Below are positions 44,873 to 54,166 of a stretch of 64,000 bases of DNA, piece after piece. Position numbers and translations under genes: made by a program. This stretch comes from a virus. Under the pieces are notes generated by a model. It had not been told where the DNA came from, made no database searches, and saw only the letters and a list, made by a program, of their open reading frames with translations. The stretch is from positions 2,974 through 66,973 of IMG/VR virus record IMGVR_UViG_3300045974_000462. One strand, 5' to 3'. Each line of letters begins with the position of its first letter. The stretch's first letter is position 1.

Positions 44873-45054
44873 GGTGTTCCGGTCTCCCCTACTACTGAGA
44901 TTGGTACCTTGCTTACCGTGATGGTTGCCGTGGCGAGTTTGTCAATCTCGCAGGTCCATGCGACGCTCCGTACCAGTTCCAGCTTCTCACCGGTATCGGC
45001 GTTGGTGACGTGGGTTCCCATTGGAGTTCCGTCGCTGATGATCTTGATTTTCAT
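44869..45054 (-). CDS. Small beta protein
   Basis: KIKIISDGTPMGTHV..TGEKL. Confidence 0.65.
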   Translation of the reverse strand: MKIKIISDGTPMGTHVTNADTGEKLELVRSVAWTCEIDKLATATITVSKVPISVVGETGTP

Positions 45055-45226
45055 GCTCTCACCTTCCGGGGTCGTCCCGGCTTGTAGCAGTCCTTGTTTC
45101 CTATTTGCCAGTGGCCTTGGCAGCGGGGTCCGCAGGTGATGCGCTTCTCGAAATGGTCACGGCGCTCGCCTTCGCGACGGACCAGTGGCAGTCCGCAGCG
45201 GATGGAGGCGCAGTGTTTGGTGGCGG

Positions 45227-45517
45227 TCATATCGCTCCCTGTCCATCGAGTGCTTCCCGATACCGGTCGCGCTCGGCTTCGGCGGCTGTTAATCGTTCTC
45301 GCAAGGCGTTGTTGGCTTTGTTTTCGCTTACAATCATCAGCTCTTGCAGATCGATGGTTTCCTGCCGTGCGTCGCGCTCGGCTTCGGCGCGTTGCTGACA
45401 AGATTGTGCGTATTCCAGGTTTTTGGATAATTCGACAACTACCTCCTGCAGTCGCTCTATCTCTTGGGTCAGTCCAGCTTCGGTGTCTTCAACTAGCGCC
45501 AGAATCGCTCTTGTCAT
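45227..45517 (-). CDS. Coiled-coil protein
   Basis: GGAG RBS; AEAERD repeats. Confidence 0.6.
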   Translation of the reverse strand: MTRAILALVEDTEAGLTQEIERLQEVVVELSKNLEYAQSCQQRAEAERDARQETIDLQELMIVSENKANNALRERLTAAEAERDRYREALDGQGAI

Positions 45518-45924
45518 TTCTCCCCCTCCTTGAGTAGGTCGCATGCTATATCGCCATAATCCCCTACCCGACGTTCGTGTTCGGGCAGGTACGGCAATGC
45601 TGCAATTCGCTTCAGTCCTTCCCTGTACTTGTTACACTCGGCTTCGGCGGCTTCTCTCGCTTTGAATTGTTCATCTCGGGCTTTGCGGTCGATTTCTTGG
45701 CGCATTATCCCCAGGTCGACCTCTTCTTGCCGCGAGTCGTATCCGGCCTGAAACGCGACCTTCTGGTCTCCGGGGTAGATACTGCTGGCGAGGAATGGTC
45801 GTTCACCTCTCTTTATCTTCGCTATCTGGCCTGCCCACCATTCGTCAAATGTATCGGTGTCCTTGGTGTCCATTCGCATCCCGTTGGTGGTCAGTTCCGG
45901 CTGGCTACTGTCCTTGGTGTCCAT
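45514..45924 (-). CDS. Hypothetical protein (start uncertain)
   Basis: MDTKD duplicated; coiled coil. Confidence 0.5.
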   Translation of the reverse strand: MDTKDSSQPELTTNGMRMDTKDTDTFDEWWAGQIAKIKRGERPFLASSIYPGDQKVAFQAGYDSRQEEVDLGIMRQEIDRKARDEQFKAREAAEAECNKYREGLKRIAALPYLPEHERRVGDYGDIACDLLKEGEK

Positions 45925-46187
45925 TTCGCCTTCCTTCCATCCTGTTTTGTTGAGAAATCGGACGATTTGTCCCATCCCGATGGATAACCAGACCAGCAGT
46001 ATGGAATGCGACAGCAGTTGAAAAATGATTATTCCGTCGTTTGCTATCATGGTTGCTTCCGGTGGGGGCAAAACGGGCAGGCTGGTGAACCGTTTCTTGC
46101 CGGTGCGCACGGAATCTCACGACATGCCTGCTGGTGGCTGGCGGCTATTTCCGCCTTGGTCATCTTCTTCTCGGTGCTGGCCATCGG

Positions 46188-46367
46188 CTACTGGAGTTCC
46201 TTCAGTTCGACGCGGAGTTCAAGCAGCAGCTTCCGGGCGGTATTGGCGTGTACCCTGGCGCGTGTGGCTGCGGCCTTGTTACCGTCGATTGCCTTGCTCC
46301 GTTCGGCGCTCATGTCGGCGATGGCGGCGTGGACCTTGTCGATGGTGGTCAGGTTGTTGTGGCTCAT
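46188..46367 (-). CDS. Histone H1-like Hc1-family nucleoid protein
   Basis: KAIDGNKAAATRARVHANTARKLLLELR matches the GNKAAGTRAR motif; AGGAG RBS. Confidence 0.7.
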   Translation of the reverse strand: MSHNNLTTIDKVHAAIADMSAERSKAIDGNKAAATRARVHANTARKLLLELRVELKELQ

Positions 46368-47053
46368 GGTGCTGTCTCCTTTTGGTTGGTGGTCAGTAGC
46401 TTCTCGGCGTCGCAGCAGCGGCATCCGTTGCCGTTCTGGTATTTGTGGCTGTCAGAGTCGCAGTCGTAACCGTCGCGGATTCCTTCGGCGAATTCCCGGA
46501 GCGCCTTGTTCTCCGCCTTCAGAGCCTTGATGGTCGCGAGGGCTACCTTGATGTCGGTGGTTCCGAGTTCCTTCTCGACTTCGCGGGCTATGCGTTGACC
46601 GGTTGCTGCCAGTTCCGGTTGGCTACCGTCTTCGGTGGAGCAGTTCGGTTTCGGCATGGTCTGCGTCGGGAACAGTATGGGTTCCCAATGGTCGCGGTCC
46701 ATGCCGAGGGGGTGGTCCGGGTCCGGTGGTCGTTCCGTCCAGGCGCGGCGGTAGTTGAGGGCGGTCTTGACCTCGTAGACGAGACTGCTGTTGTGGCCTC
46801 CTCCGGCGTATCCGTATCCGCTGTTCGGTCCGAGGTCCGGGCAGAGAATCCGCTGGAGGGCGTCGGTGACCTGCGTCAGTCCCTGTTCTCTCTGGCGCTG
46901 CCATTCGTCGCGATCGCCTTCGAAGTGCTCCATGACGATCCGCCATTGCCCCATCTTGGCCCGGTGGAAAACCTCCAGGGCTTCGCTGACGGCTGCGGCG
47001 TGCTCCCGGCTCAACCGGAGCAGGTAGGTCGGTTGCTTCTTGTCACCACTCAT
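46364..47053 (-). CDS. Hypothetical protein
   Basis: 229 aa, coupled on both sides. Confidence 0.7.
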   Translation of the reverse strand: MSGDKKQPTYLLRLSREHAAAVSEALEVFHRAKMGQWRIVMEHFEGDRDEWQRQREQGLTQVTDALQRILCPDLGPNSGYGYAGGGHNSSLVYEVKTALNYRRAWTERPPDPDHPLGMDRDHWEPILFPTQTMPKPNCSTEDGSQPELAATGQRIAREVEKELGTTDIKVALATIKALKAENKALREFAEGIRDGYDCDSDSHKYQNGNGCRCCDAEKLLTTNQKETAP

Positions 47054-47228
47054 CGTCGGCTCCTTCGGTCATCAGGGCGAGGGTCGGTCCGGCGTGCTCC
47101 TCGCAGAGTTCGGAGAATTCCATGAAGGGCGAGCACTGCGTGTCGTTCGGGTCGGCGGGTCCGATGTATGTTCCCGGTCCCGGCAGGAAGGCGCGACCGC
47201 ATCCGGGGTGGGTGCAGGTGAAGGTCAT
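47043..47228 (-). CDS. Small Cys/His protein
   Basis: CTHPGCGR..CEEH. Confidence 0.55.
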   Translation of the reverse strand: MTFTCTHPGCGRAFLPGPGTYIGPADPNDTQCSPFMEFSELCEEHAGPTLALMTEGADDEW

Positions 47229-47905
47229 TTAAGCTCCAGTCTCATGTTGAATTCTGCGAGGACTTCTTTTATTTGGTGGACGCTTTTTCTGCCCATGTGT
47301 GGTATTGCGAGCAGTTCGCTTTCGCTTTTGCTTGTCAGTTCTTCGATGTTTGTTATTCCTGCTTTCAAGAAACAGTTGTTAACTCTAACTGTGAAATAGT
47401 CGTAAAGTTCCCATCTATCAAATTCTTGGCGCAGCTTTTTATTTTGCTCTCGCAGTCTGTCTTGCAATACTTGTGCTGCCCATACCCTTACTTCCAGTAT
47501 CTTGCGTATGGGTTCTAGTCTTGCAATTGTTTCAAGTTCTTTGTTCTTTTCCCTCCGGTTCTTTAGGTCTTCTTTATATTTATCTGTCTGCCTATAATTG
47601 CTCCACCATTCTTTTTTGTGGTTTTTGTATTCTTCCGTCTCCATTAGGCGCTTGCGCTCTGGGCTGTTTCTATATTGCTTTTGCCATTCCTTTCTTGATT
47701 GATCGCTTGGCGTGCTTCGTCTCGGGCTAGGTAGTCCGCTCTTTACTCTCTGAGTGTAGTTTTCATTCCATTTTTTTTGTAGTACGCGGTCCTCTGGGGT
47801 ACTGCGTATCGCTTTTCTGCAAGCGATACAGGCTCCTCCCTTGTTGACGTTGTCCGGCGTTCTCGGGTGGCCTCGTTTGCAAAGTTTGACCTCTGCTGTT
47901 TCCAT
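47225..47905 (-). CDS. Zn-finger/coiled-coil protein with C-terminal RNA polymerase alpha-CTD-like domain
   Basis: CKRGH..CIAC; FTVRVNNCFLKAGITNIEELTSKSESELLAIPHMGRKSVHQIKEVL. Confidence 0.8.
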   Translation of the reverse strand: METAEVKLCKRGHPRTPDNVNKGGACIACRKAIRSTPEDRVLQKKWNENYTQRVKSGLPSPRRSTPSDQSRKEWQKQYRNSPERKRLMETEEYKNHKKEWWSNYRQTDKYKEDLKNRREKNKELETIARLEPIRKILEVRVWAAQVLQDRLREQNKKLRQEFDRWELYDYFTVRVNNCFLKAGITNIEELTSKSESELLAIPHMGRKSVHQIKEVLAEFNMRLELK

Positions 47906-48594
47906 CAGAATCCCTTTCCATTCTTCGGCGGTCGGTGCTGGTTGCGGTCATCGTTGCGGTGAATGGCTGCGACTAGTTCCGTCTCCATCCCGTTTCCTGC
48001 GGCGTAGCTGAAAACGCGGAGGACGATGTCGGCCAGTTCCTCGACTACCGAGTACCGGTCGATGATGGTGCTGTGGTCGTGGTGGTCGGTCGCGGTGCGC
48101 CGATATGCCTCGTGCCGATCTGCTGCCTCCACAATGGCTGTGCAAAAGGAGACCGTTTCTTGCGACGTGACCTGTATCTCGTCTATCCATCCGAGCGTCT
48201 CGGCGACCTCTCCGGCGATCCCGCTGATGCAGGTAGCGTGTTGTGTCAGGTCGATGCCGTTGTCGGTGCTGGTCTTCGCGGCCTTGCGCATCAGGTTGGC
48301 GAGGTGCTGGTCGCCGTAGCGCTGCATGGCTGCTGCTTCAGGGTCGTGCTTCGGGTCCGCTGGCATGAAGTCGGGACGGTTGAGCAGTTCGTTGAGTTGG
48401 TCTCTGGTGGCGAGTGCGGCCTTGCGCATCTCGGGGACGCCTTTCTGCTTACCGGATGCTAAGAGCACGGAACAGAAGACTTGCGCGATGGAGGTTATAT
48501 CTTCGGTGATGGTTGAAGGTGGCGGGATGTTCGGGCTCAGTCCGCGTTGGTGCAGGGCTTCTTCGCTGGCTCGGATGATCTGGTTGTGGTTCAT
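47905..48594 (-). CDS. MazG-like nucleotide pyrophosphohydrolase
   Basis: IAGEVAE...VVEELADIVLRVF. Confidence 0.75.
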   Translation of the reverse strand: MNHNQIIRASEEALHQRGLSPNIPPPSTITEDITSIAQVFCSVLLASGKQKGVPEMRKAALATRDQLNELLNRPDFMPADPKHDPEAAAMQRYGDQHLANLMRKAAKTSTDNGIDLTQHATCISGIAGEVAETLGWIDEIQVTSQETVSFCTAIVEAADRHEAYRRTATDHHDHSTIIDRYSVVEELADIVLRVFSYAAGNGMETELVAAIHRNDDRNQHRPPKNGKGF

Positions 48595-48604
48595 GCGGAC
48601 TCCC

Positions 48605-48979
48605 TTACCATAATACTTTGAAGTTGCGTTTTCTGCAGGCGTTGTACCCTCTTGCTTTTTTCCCACACTCGCTACATCTGGTAGATCTTTTTGTTTCTGT
48701 CATTAGGTTGTTTCTGCGGATCAATGAGTCCCTTCCGCATATCGAGCAGTTGCAAACGTACCAGTATACTCCGGCATCATCCTTCCCGCTGTATTCCAAA
48801 ACGGTGAGCCATCCTATTTTATTGCCAACAATGTCTTGTGGGTCGACTTTTCCGTTAAACACGATGGACTCTTTTTTCGGGTGACATGGCTTATCCTTCC
48901 TATGTTTTGCGTCCGGGTCCGGCTTCCGCTCCATTCGCCATTCGTCTTGGCCTACCCGGTTCTCGTTGGGGTGAATCAC
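48605..48979 (-). CDS. Zn-binding domain typical of HNH/AP2 homing endonucleases, no nuclease domain
   Basis: GNKIGWLTVLE..WYVCNCSICG..RCSEC. Confidence 0.6.
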   Translation of the reverse strand: MIHPNENRVGQDEWRMERKPDPDAKHRKDKPCHPKKESIVFNGKVDPQDIVGNKIGWLTVLEYSGKDDAGVYWYVCNCSICGRDSLIRRNNLMTETKRSTRCSECGKKARGYNACRKRNFKVLW

Positions 48980-49005
48980 GCAGGCGATCCCCTTTGGTAT
49001 TTCTG

Positions 49006-49347
49006 TTAGACTACTGCTGCTTCAAGGTCGGCGGTGGCGTCATCGATGATCGCGTCGATGGCGGCGATGTCGGCGTCGGTGACGGGGACGTTGTTGGCGA
49101 TCTGCGCCTGAAGTTCCGCGACCTGCGCTTTGATAGCGCCGAGGGCGGTGACCACGGTCTGGGCGACGTCGTGATTCTTTTGGGCGGCGTCGAGTACCTG
49201 TTGAAGTCTGATGTCCATGAAGTCCAACCTCCTGATGATTTTGTTGATGCTGTCCGGAATTTCGAGAAACTTCTTTACGGTAGTTCTGAATCCTGAAAAG
49301 CTCACTTCATTCGGTACCTCCTGTGCTTGTTTTTGGCGGTGGTGCAT
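49006..49347 (-). CDS. Small coiled-coil phage protein (start uncertain)
   Basis: LQQVLDAAQK..VAELQAQIAN..DADIAAIDA. Confidence 0.6.
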   Translation of the reverse strand: MHHRQKQAQEVPNEVSFSGFRTTVKKFLEIPDSINKIIRRLDFMDIRLQQVLDAAQKNHDVAQTVVTALGAIKAQVAELQAQIANNVPVTDADIAAIDAIIDDATADLEAAVV

Positions 49348-49546
49348 TTCCGGGGTGCCGGGTCCGGATTATTCGTAAACGTGCCAGACGAATGGTCCTT
49401 GGACAAAACTTCCGAGGTGTTCTACTGTCCCGCTTATTGCAAAACTTACTGGGCAGAGTCGCCTTGCGTAGTGCTTGCGTAATAGCCAAGGTTCCGCCTC
49501 TGCTGGCTGTATTGACTGCACTTCGATCTGGTTCATTTGGTATCTC

Positions 49547-49849
49547 CTATCCCCTTATCGCCTTGCAGTAGCGCACAGCCAGTTCCTGTGTCCAGTTTCG
49601 GCGTCCGTTCTCCAGGTCGCACAGGTAGCTGGCCGATATTCCCATGCTCCGGGCGGCGGCTCGCAGCGTAGCTCCGGCTCCGGCGTGGACGCGTGCGGTG
49701 CGCTCCGCCTTCAGTGTAGCGGCGAGCCATTGCTGGTCGATGATGGCTCCAGTGCCGTGGCAGGCGCGGCAGTGGACGTATCCCTCTTGCTCTATCTCTC
49801 GGCTCAATGGGTGCGGCGGGCAGGTTGCGTGTTCGCTTTGTTCGCTCAT
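49547..49849 (-). CDS. XRE HTH regulator with CxxCxGxG Zn finger
   Basis: CRACHGTG; TLRAAARSMGISASYLCDLENGRR. Confidence 0.8.
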   Translation of the reverse strand: MSEQSEHATCPPHPLSREIEQEGYVHCRACHGTGAIIDQQWLAATLKAERTARVHAGAGATLRAAARSMGISASYLCDLENGRRNWTQELAVRYCKAIRG

Positions 49850-49907
49850 TCTTCTTTTTTACCATGCGGAGCAGTAAAGAGTAAAGCGTTTTCTTCGCTC
49901 CTGTGGG

Positions 49908-51446
49908 CTATTTTGTACATTTCCCCATACTGTGTCCTTCGGCTGCGAGTTGTGCCGTCTGGCCTTCTTTGGTCACGACGGTGATCCCGCATTTGTTGCA
50001 TCCGAAGTGCCGGGGGTTGGCTCCGCTCTGTATCCAGATGTGCTGGCCTTTGCCTGCGTTGGCCTCGGCCTCTTCTCTGTAATCCTGGAATGCCTGACCG
50101 GTCATTTTTCTGACGTGGTTGACAAAAATGGTCAGGGCGTCGACTTGATCGTCGTGGGCTCCGTTCGGGAATGTGGCCAGTTCGTCTATGAAGTCCAACA
50201 ACCACGGAGCGTTCTCCGGCAGGTAGACGCGGCCTGCCTGCACCGTGGGGCTGGCGGCGTTCGCTCGGGAGACCTTGTCGGAGTCGACCTTGATTGGTAT
50301 CACCGGGTGCGGCGTGTCGCGCTTGAGTTCCTGAATCAGCGACTGACCGCTGGCCTTGTCCTCTATCAGCAGTAGGCGAGGGTTCCACTTGTTGGCGATG
50401 GCGTTGGCGGTCGTCTTGAGTCCGTGAAATTCGACTTTCTGTCGCCAGACGTCGAGGATGTAATATCCCGTCTTGGTGACTCCCCAAACTATGAAGACCG
50501 AGTAATCGTTGTCTTCGCCTTTCTTGAAGGCGCTGTCGCAGGTGATGCAGATCCATTGGAAGGCGGGCGCTTCGCGGTAGTATTGCCACCACTCTCGCTT
50601 GAAAATCTCACCGTCTTCTGCCGCTGGTCGCTGCTGGTAGAGTGCCTGGAAACTACCGCGCATTCTTCGGTGGGTCCGGTTGAGCCATGCCTCGTCGTAT
50701 CGCTCGGGGCAGAGCGCTTCTCCCTCGGCTCTCCCCAGGGGGTCGTCCTTCTCCGCGAGCGCCGGGAGGTTGACCACGGTCCATTCTTCGGCTTCTTCGC
50801 TGGCAAGTATGCGACCGGCGAGGTCGTCTTCGTGCCACCGGGTCATGATCAATATGACCTGCCCACCGGGCTCCAGGCGGGTCATCAAGTCGTCGGTGTA
50901 CCACGTCCAGCAGCGTTCTCGGTAGGTCTCGCTGTTGGCCTCTTCGCGGTTCTTCACCGGGTCATCGATGATGACGACGTCTCCGCCCATCCCGGTGATC
51001 CCGCCTCCTACGCCGACCGCTCGCAGTCCTCCGCCTTCGATGGTTTCCCAATCGTCGACGGCGGTCCGGTCGGTGGAGATGGCGACGCGGCCTGCGGCTA
51101 TTCTTCGGGTCTTGCGGGAGAATTTGTTAGCGAGGGTCTGGTTGTATGCGCCGACGATGACTCGTTTGTGGTTCCATCGTTCCAAAAGGTAAGCGGGCAG
51201 CCGGACGGTGACCGTCTCGCTCTTGGTGTGGCGCGGCGGCATGAAGATCATCAACTTCTCGATCTTGCCGTCGATGAACTGCTGCACCTTATCGACGAGA
51301 TAGATCGTGTGCTTCCAGTGCCATGTGTAGGTGGGGCTGACCTCGGGGAGCCATTCGGCGTAGGGCTTGAATGGGGGTTCTACCTTGGCAGGCTCGTTCT
51401 TGGCGAGTTCCTCCCGGCGCTCCTGTTCCTCAAGGTACCGGAGCAT
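49908..51446 (-). CDS. terL: Terminase large subunit
   Basis: MPPRHTKSE Walker A, IIDDP Walker B, MTRWHEDDL, CDSAFK, IEDKASG, HDDQVDA. Confidence 0.95.
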   Translation of the reverse strand: MLRYLEEQERREELAKNEPAKVEPPFKPYAEWLPEVSPTYTWHWKHTIYLVDKVQQFIDGKIEKLMIFMPPRHTKSETVTVRLPAYLLERWNHKRVIVGAYNQTLANKFSRKTRRIAAGRVAISTDRTAVDDWETIEGGGLRAVGVGGGITGMGGDVVIIDDPVKNREEANSETYRERCWTWYTDDLMTRLEPGGQVILIMTRWHEDDLAGRILASEEAEEWTVVNLPALAEKDDPLGRAEGEALCPERYDEAWLNRTHRRMRGSFQALYQQRPAAEDGEIFKREWWQYYREAPAFQWICITCDSAFKKGEDNDYSVFIVWGVTKTGYYILDVWRQKVEFHGLKTTANAIANKWNPRLLLIEDKASGQSLIQELKRDTPHPVIPIKVDSDKVSRANAASPTVQAGRVYLPENAPWLLDFIDELATFPNGAHDDQVDALTIFVNHVRKMTGQAFQDYREEAEANAGKGQHIWIQSGANPRHFGCNKCGITVVTKEGQTAQLAAEGHSMGKCTK

Positions 51447-51477
51447 CTCCTCGACGGCTCCCTTGGATAAAACTCTT

Positions 51478-51849
51478 CTACGACTGCCGGGGAGTGCTCT
51501 CAAGGATTGCCCGTACCTCTGCGGCGCTTTTGCCTTCTAAGTTAATGGTCCCGGCCTCGACGATGGTGGTGGTGACCCATCCTCCCTTGGCCTCAAGGTA
51601 GAATTTAATCAGTTGTGCGTTGCCTACGTTGACCTGCTCCATCAACTTGGACGCGACCAGTTGGACGCCTTTTGCTTGGCCTCTCTCTATGGCCTCTAAA
51701 AATTGTGAGTTATCCCGCTTCCTTTTGTATAGGGTGGCTAGGCAAATTCCAGAGGCTGCTGCTATTTGGGTGTCTGTCATGCCGAGGGCTGCACATTTTT
51801 CGACCATTACGAGGTCGAGTGGTTTCGGCTTTCTGCCTGCGGTTCCCAT
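51478..51849 (-). CDS. terS: Terminase small subunit
   Basis: HTH GMTDTQIAAASGICLATLY; AIERGQAKG; directly upstream of TerL. Confidence 0.8.
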   Translation of the reverse strand: MGTAGRKPKPLDLVMVEKCAALGMTDTQIAAASGICLATLYKRKRDNSQFLEAIERGQAKGVQLVASKLMEQVNVGNAQLIKFYLEAKGGWVTTTIVEAGTINLEGKSAAEVRAILESTPRQS

Positions 51850-51854
51850 TGATG

Positions 51855-52106
51855 TTACCTCTTCCTCCCGGCGAAACAGAGGACGCGGCATGCGCGTGAC
51901 TGGCATTCCTCTCCGGTGGGGGTGCGGAAGTGTCGCGACTTCCGGTTGATGGTTTTAAACGTCCCGAATTTGGCTATGACGACTCGTTCCGTCTCGGCGA
52001 TGGTCTTGATGGCGGTGATGGTGGCGTTTACCGCTTCCGTTGCGGCGCGACGTCCCATCCCTGTTGCCTTGGCTACGGCATCGATGATGCCTTGCTTACC
52101 TCCCAT
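51855..52106 (-). CDS. HU/IHF-like DNA-binding protein
   Basis: KQGIIDAVAKATG..VVIAKFGTFK..RTPTGE. Confidence 0.85.
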   Translation of the reverse strand: MGGKQGIIDAVAKATGMGRRAATEAVNATITAIKTIAETERVVIAKFGTFKTINRKSRHFRTPTGEECQSRACRVLCFAGRKR

Positions 52107-52151
52107 GCTGTTTCTCCTTGTGGTGTATTTTCTCGGGTGCAAGCGGCGAAT

Positions 52152-52565
52152 CTAGCCGTTACGCAGTTCGCCGACGATTCGTTTCGCTCTTGCTCCGACC
52201 TGCTGGTACCATTGCGACTGGCGGGCCTCTTCGGCTGCGGCTATCCAGTCTCCCCTATCGATGGCTGCGTTCATGCGTTTGAATTTGAGAAATGTCGGCG
52301 CTCCCATGTTATAAACCATGTCGGTGAGGGCGTCGGCACGGGTTTCGGTTAAGTCATGGCCTGCAAAGTATCGAACTACAAAGGCGATCGCGTCATCAAG
52401 CGATTCTTCGAGTTCGCGTTCGGCGTTGTCTCTCGTCGTGTTTCCGGGTCCGTCCGTGGCGGTTCCGTATCCCCATGACCACTGCTTGTTGTCCCAGAAG
52501 GCGTGCTCTGAGTACCCTTCCTCCTGCTTGATTCGTTTGATCAGTTTGTCTCGGTTCGGCTGCAT
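52152..52565 (-). CDS. Endolysin, GH24 phage lysozyme
   Basis: IKQEEG..WDNKQWSWGYGT..LTDMVYNMG..QWYQQVGARAKR. Confidence 0.88.
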   Translation of the reverse strand: MQPNRDKLIKRIKQEEGYSEHAFWDNKQWSWGYGTATDGPGNTTRDNAERELEESLDDAIAFVVRYFAGHDLTETRADALTDMVYNMGAPTFLKFKRMNAAIDRGDWIAAAEEARQSQWYQQVGARAKRIVGELRNG

Positions 52566-53050
52566 TGGTGCTCCTCGTGGTATTTTTTCGGGTGCAAGCG
52601 CTATTTTTCAATCAAAAAGGAAGGCGACGTGAGGCATTCCAGTAGTCTCGCGTTCATCTTCAGTATTGTCTCGTTCTGCTCCAGCACTTTGTGCGTCAGG
52701 GCTATTATGTCAGGGTCTGGCTTGATACGCTCGACTTTTGCGCTCAGGATGCTTTGCCAGGGTTCGTTCATGGTTTTCCCCTCTGTATCAGTTGGTAGTC
52801 TCGGCAGAGTTTGTGGACGGTTTTTACATTGTTGTCGACTACAACCATCGTTCGGTTCTGGCTACTCGTGATCTCTTTCCCGCAAATGTGGCACTTCTTC
52901 TTTTTCATTTCTTCGGCTCCTTACAGACGGTCCGTGGGTTCATGCAGATTCGGCATCCCGGCCATTGCTCCTGTGGTATGGCGTATGCGCATGGTCGCTT
53001 GCGACTCACTGGAGTCCGGTGCTTGTTCTGGGCGGTCCATGCCTTGGCTC

Positions 53051-53287
53051 TCATGCGGCGTGCATGGGCGGCTGTTTTGATGGTGGGTTCATCAGGGTGG
53101 CGAGCGTTTCGTGGTCTCCGTCGCGGATCACTATGCAGGTGGTGCGTGCGGCCATGCAGTGCAGTAGTTGGTCCCGTTCGTAGATCACTTTTGCGGCTAT
53201 GTCTGCGAGTCTCCGCTTGGTGCTCTCGGCTTCTTTGATTCGATCTATAAGTTCATCGCGGGTGGCGGTGGTCGTGTCGAACTGCAT
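53051..53287 (-). CDS. Hypothetical protein
   Basis: GGAG RBS, 78 aa. Confidence 0.55.
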   Translation of the reverse strand: MQFDTTTATRDELIDRIKEAESTKRRLADIAAKVIYERDQLLHCMAARTTCIVIRDGDHETLATLMNPPSKQPPMHAA

Positions 53288-53455
53288 GGTCGTTCTCCTT
53301 GTTGGTGATCGTATGCATTTGTCCGTGGCAGGCGACTATGGTCTGCCCGGTGACGTGGTCTGTAAATACTCGGTCGACTGGCCTGCTGCAGACGTTGCAA
53401 TGCGGCCAGTAAGTCAGGTCTGGTTCTACGTGGGTGAAGATGCGTATCGCGGGGC

Positions 53456-54166
53456 TCATGGCTTGTCGCTCTTGATGTTGAGTTCCGTTTTCGCGAGGTT
53501 GACCCACTCTATTGCATGGGGTATGCATCGACCGTGGGTGGGGCATTCCGGCACGGCTTTCAGCAATTCCTCAAGCTGGCGCAGTAGCTGGTCGTCGACT
53601 GTGACCTCTTCCATGAGTTCGGCGTTGCGCTTCTGCGCTGCTTCGCAGAGTCGCATGGCCTCTTCCATCCTTTTCCTTGTCCTGTCGAGTCGGTCCTGCA
53701 GCGTGCGTATTTGCTGTGTCTTGGTCGCGGTGATCTCCCGAAGGCGGGAGATGATGCCGTCCTTGACCGTGTCGTTTTCGGTACTGCGTTTTCTGCTGAA
53801 TCCTCCGAGTGAAGCGTGGACCTCATCCATCGTCATTGGTTCCTTGATGAATCCGGGGATGTGGTCCGCGAGTTCGCTCGGTATTGGTATGCGCAGTGCT
53901 CGCAGCCATTCCATGTTCTTTTTCACTTCGCGGCGTTGCGCATTAAGCCGTGGCAGGTCGTGGTACCATTTCTCCATCCGTTCCTGTTGCTCTTGCGTCG
54001 GGTCCGCTGCGGGGTCGTCTATGATGAAGACGTCGGCGCTCCGGCCTTGGGTAAGTTGGTGGTCGTTCCATGCTTCGCCTCGTATCTTCTTGACGTTCTC
54101 CGGGTCGGATAGCTCCCGCAGGAGTCGTCTAAATCTCTTCTGTTCGCGGCAGTATCTCTTGCTCAT
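53456..54166 (-). CDS. Coiled-coil hypothetical protein
   Basis: ATGA-coupled; C-terminal AVPECPTHGRCIPHA. Confidence 0.7.
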   Translation of the reverse strand: MSKRYCREQKRFRRLLRELSDPENVKKIRGEAWNDHQLTQGRSADVFIIDDPAADPTQEQQERMEKWYHDLPRLNAQRREVKKNMEWLRALRIPIPSELADHIPGFIKEPMTMDEVHASLGGFSRKRSTENDTVKDGIISRLREITATKTQQIRTLQDRLDRTRKRMEEAMRLCEAAQKRNAELMEEVTVDDQLLRQLEELLKAVPECPTHGRCIPHAIEWVNLAKTELNIKSDKP

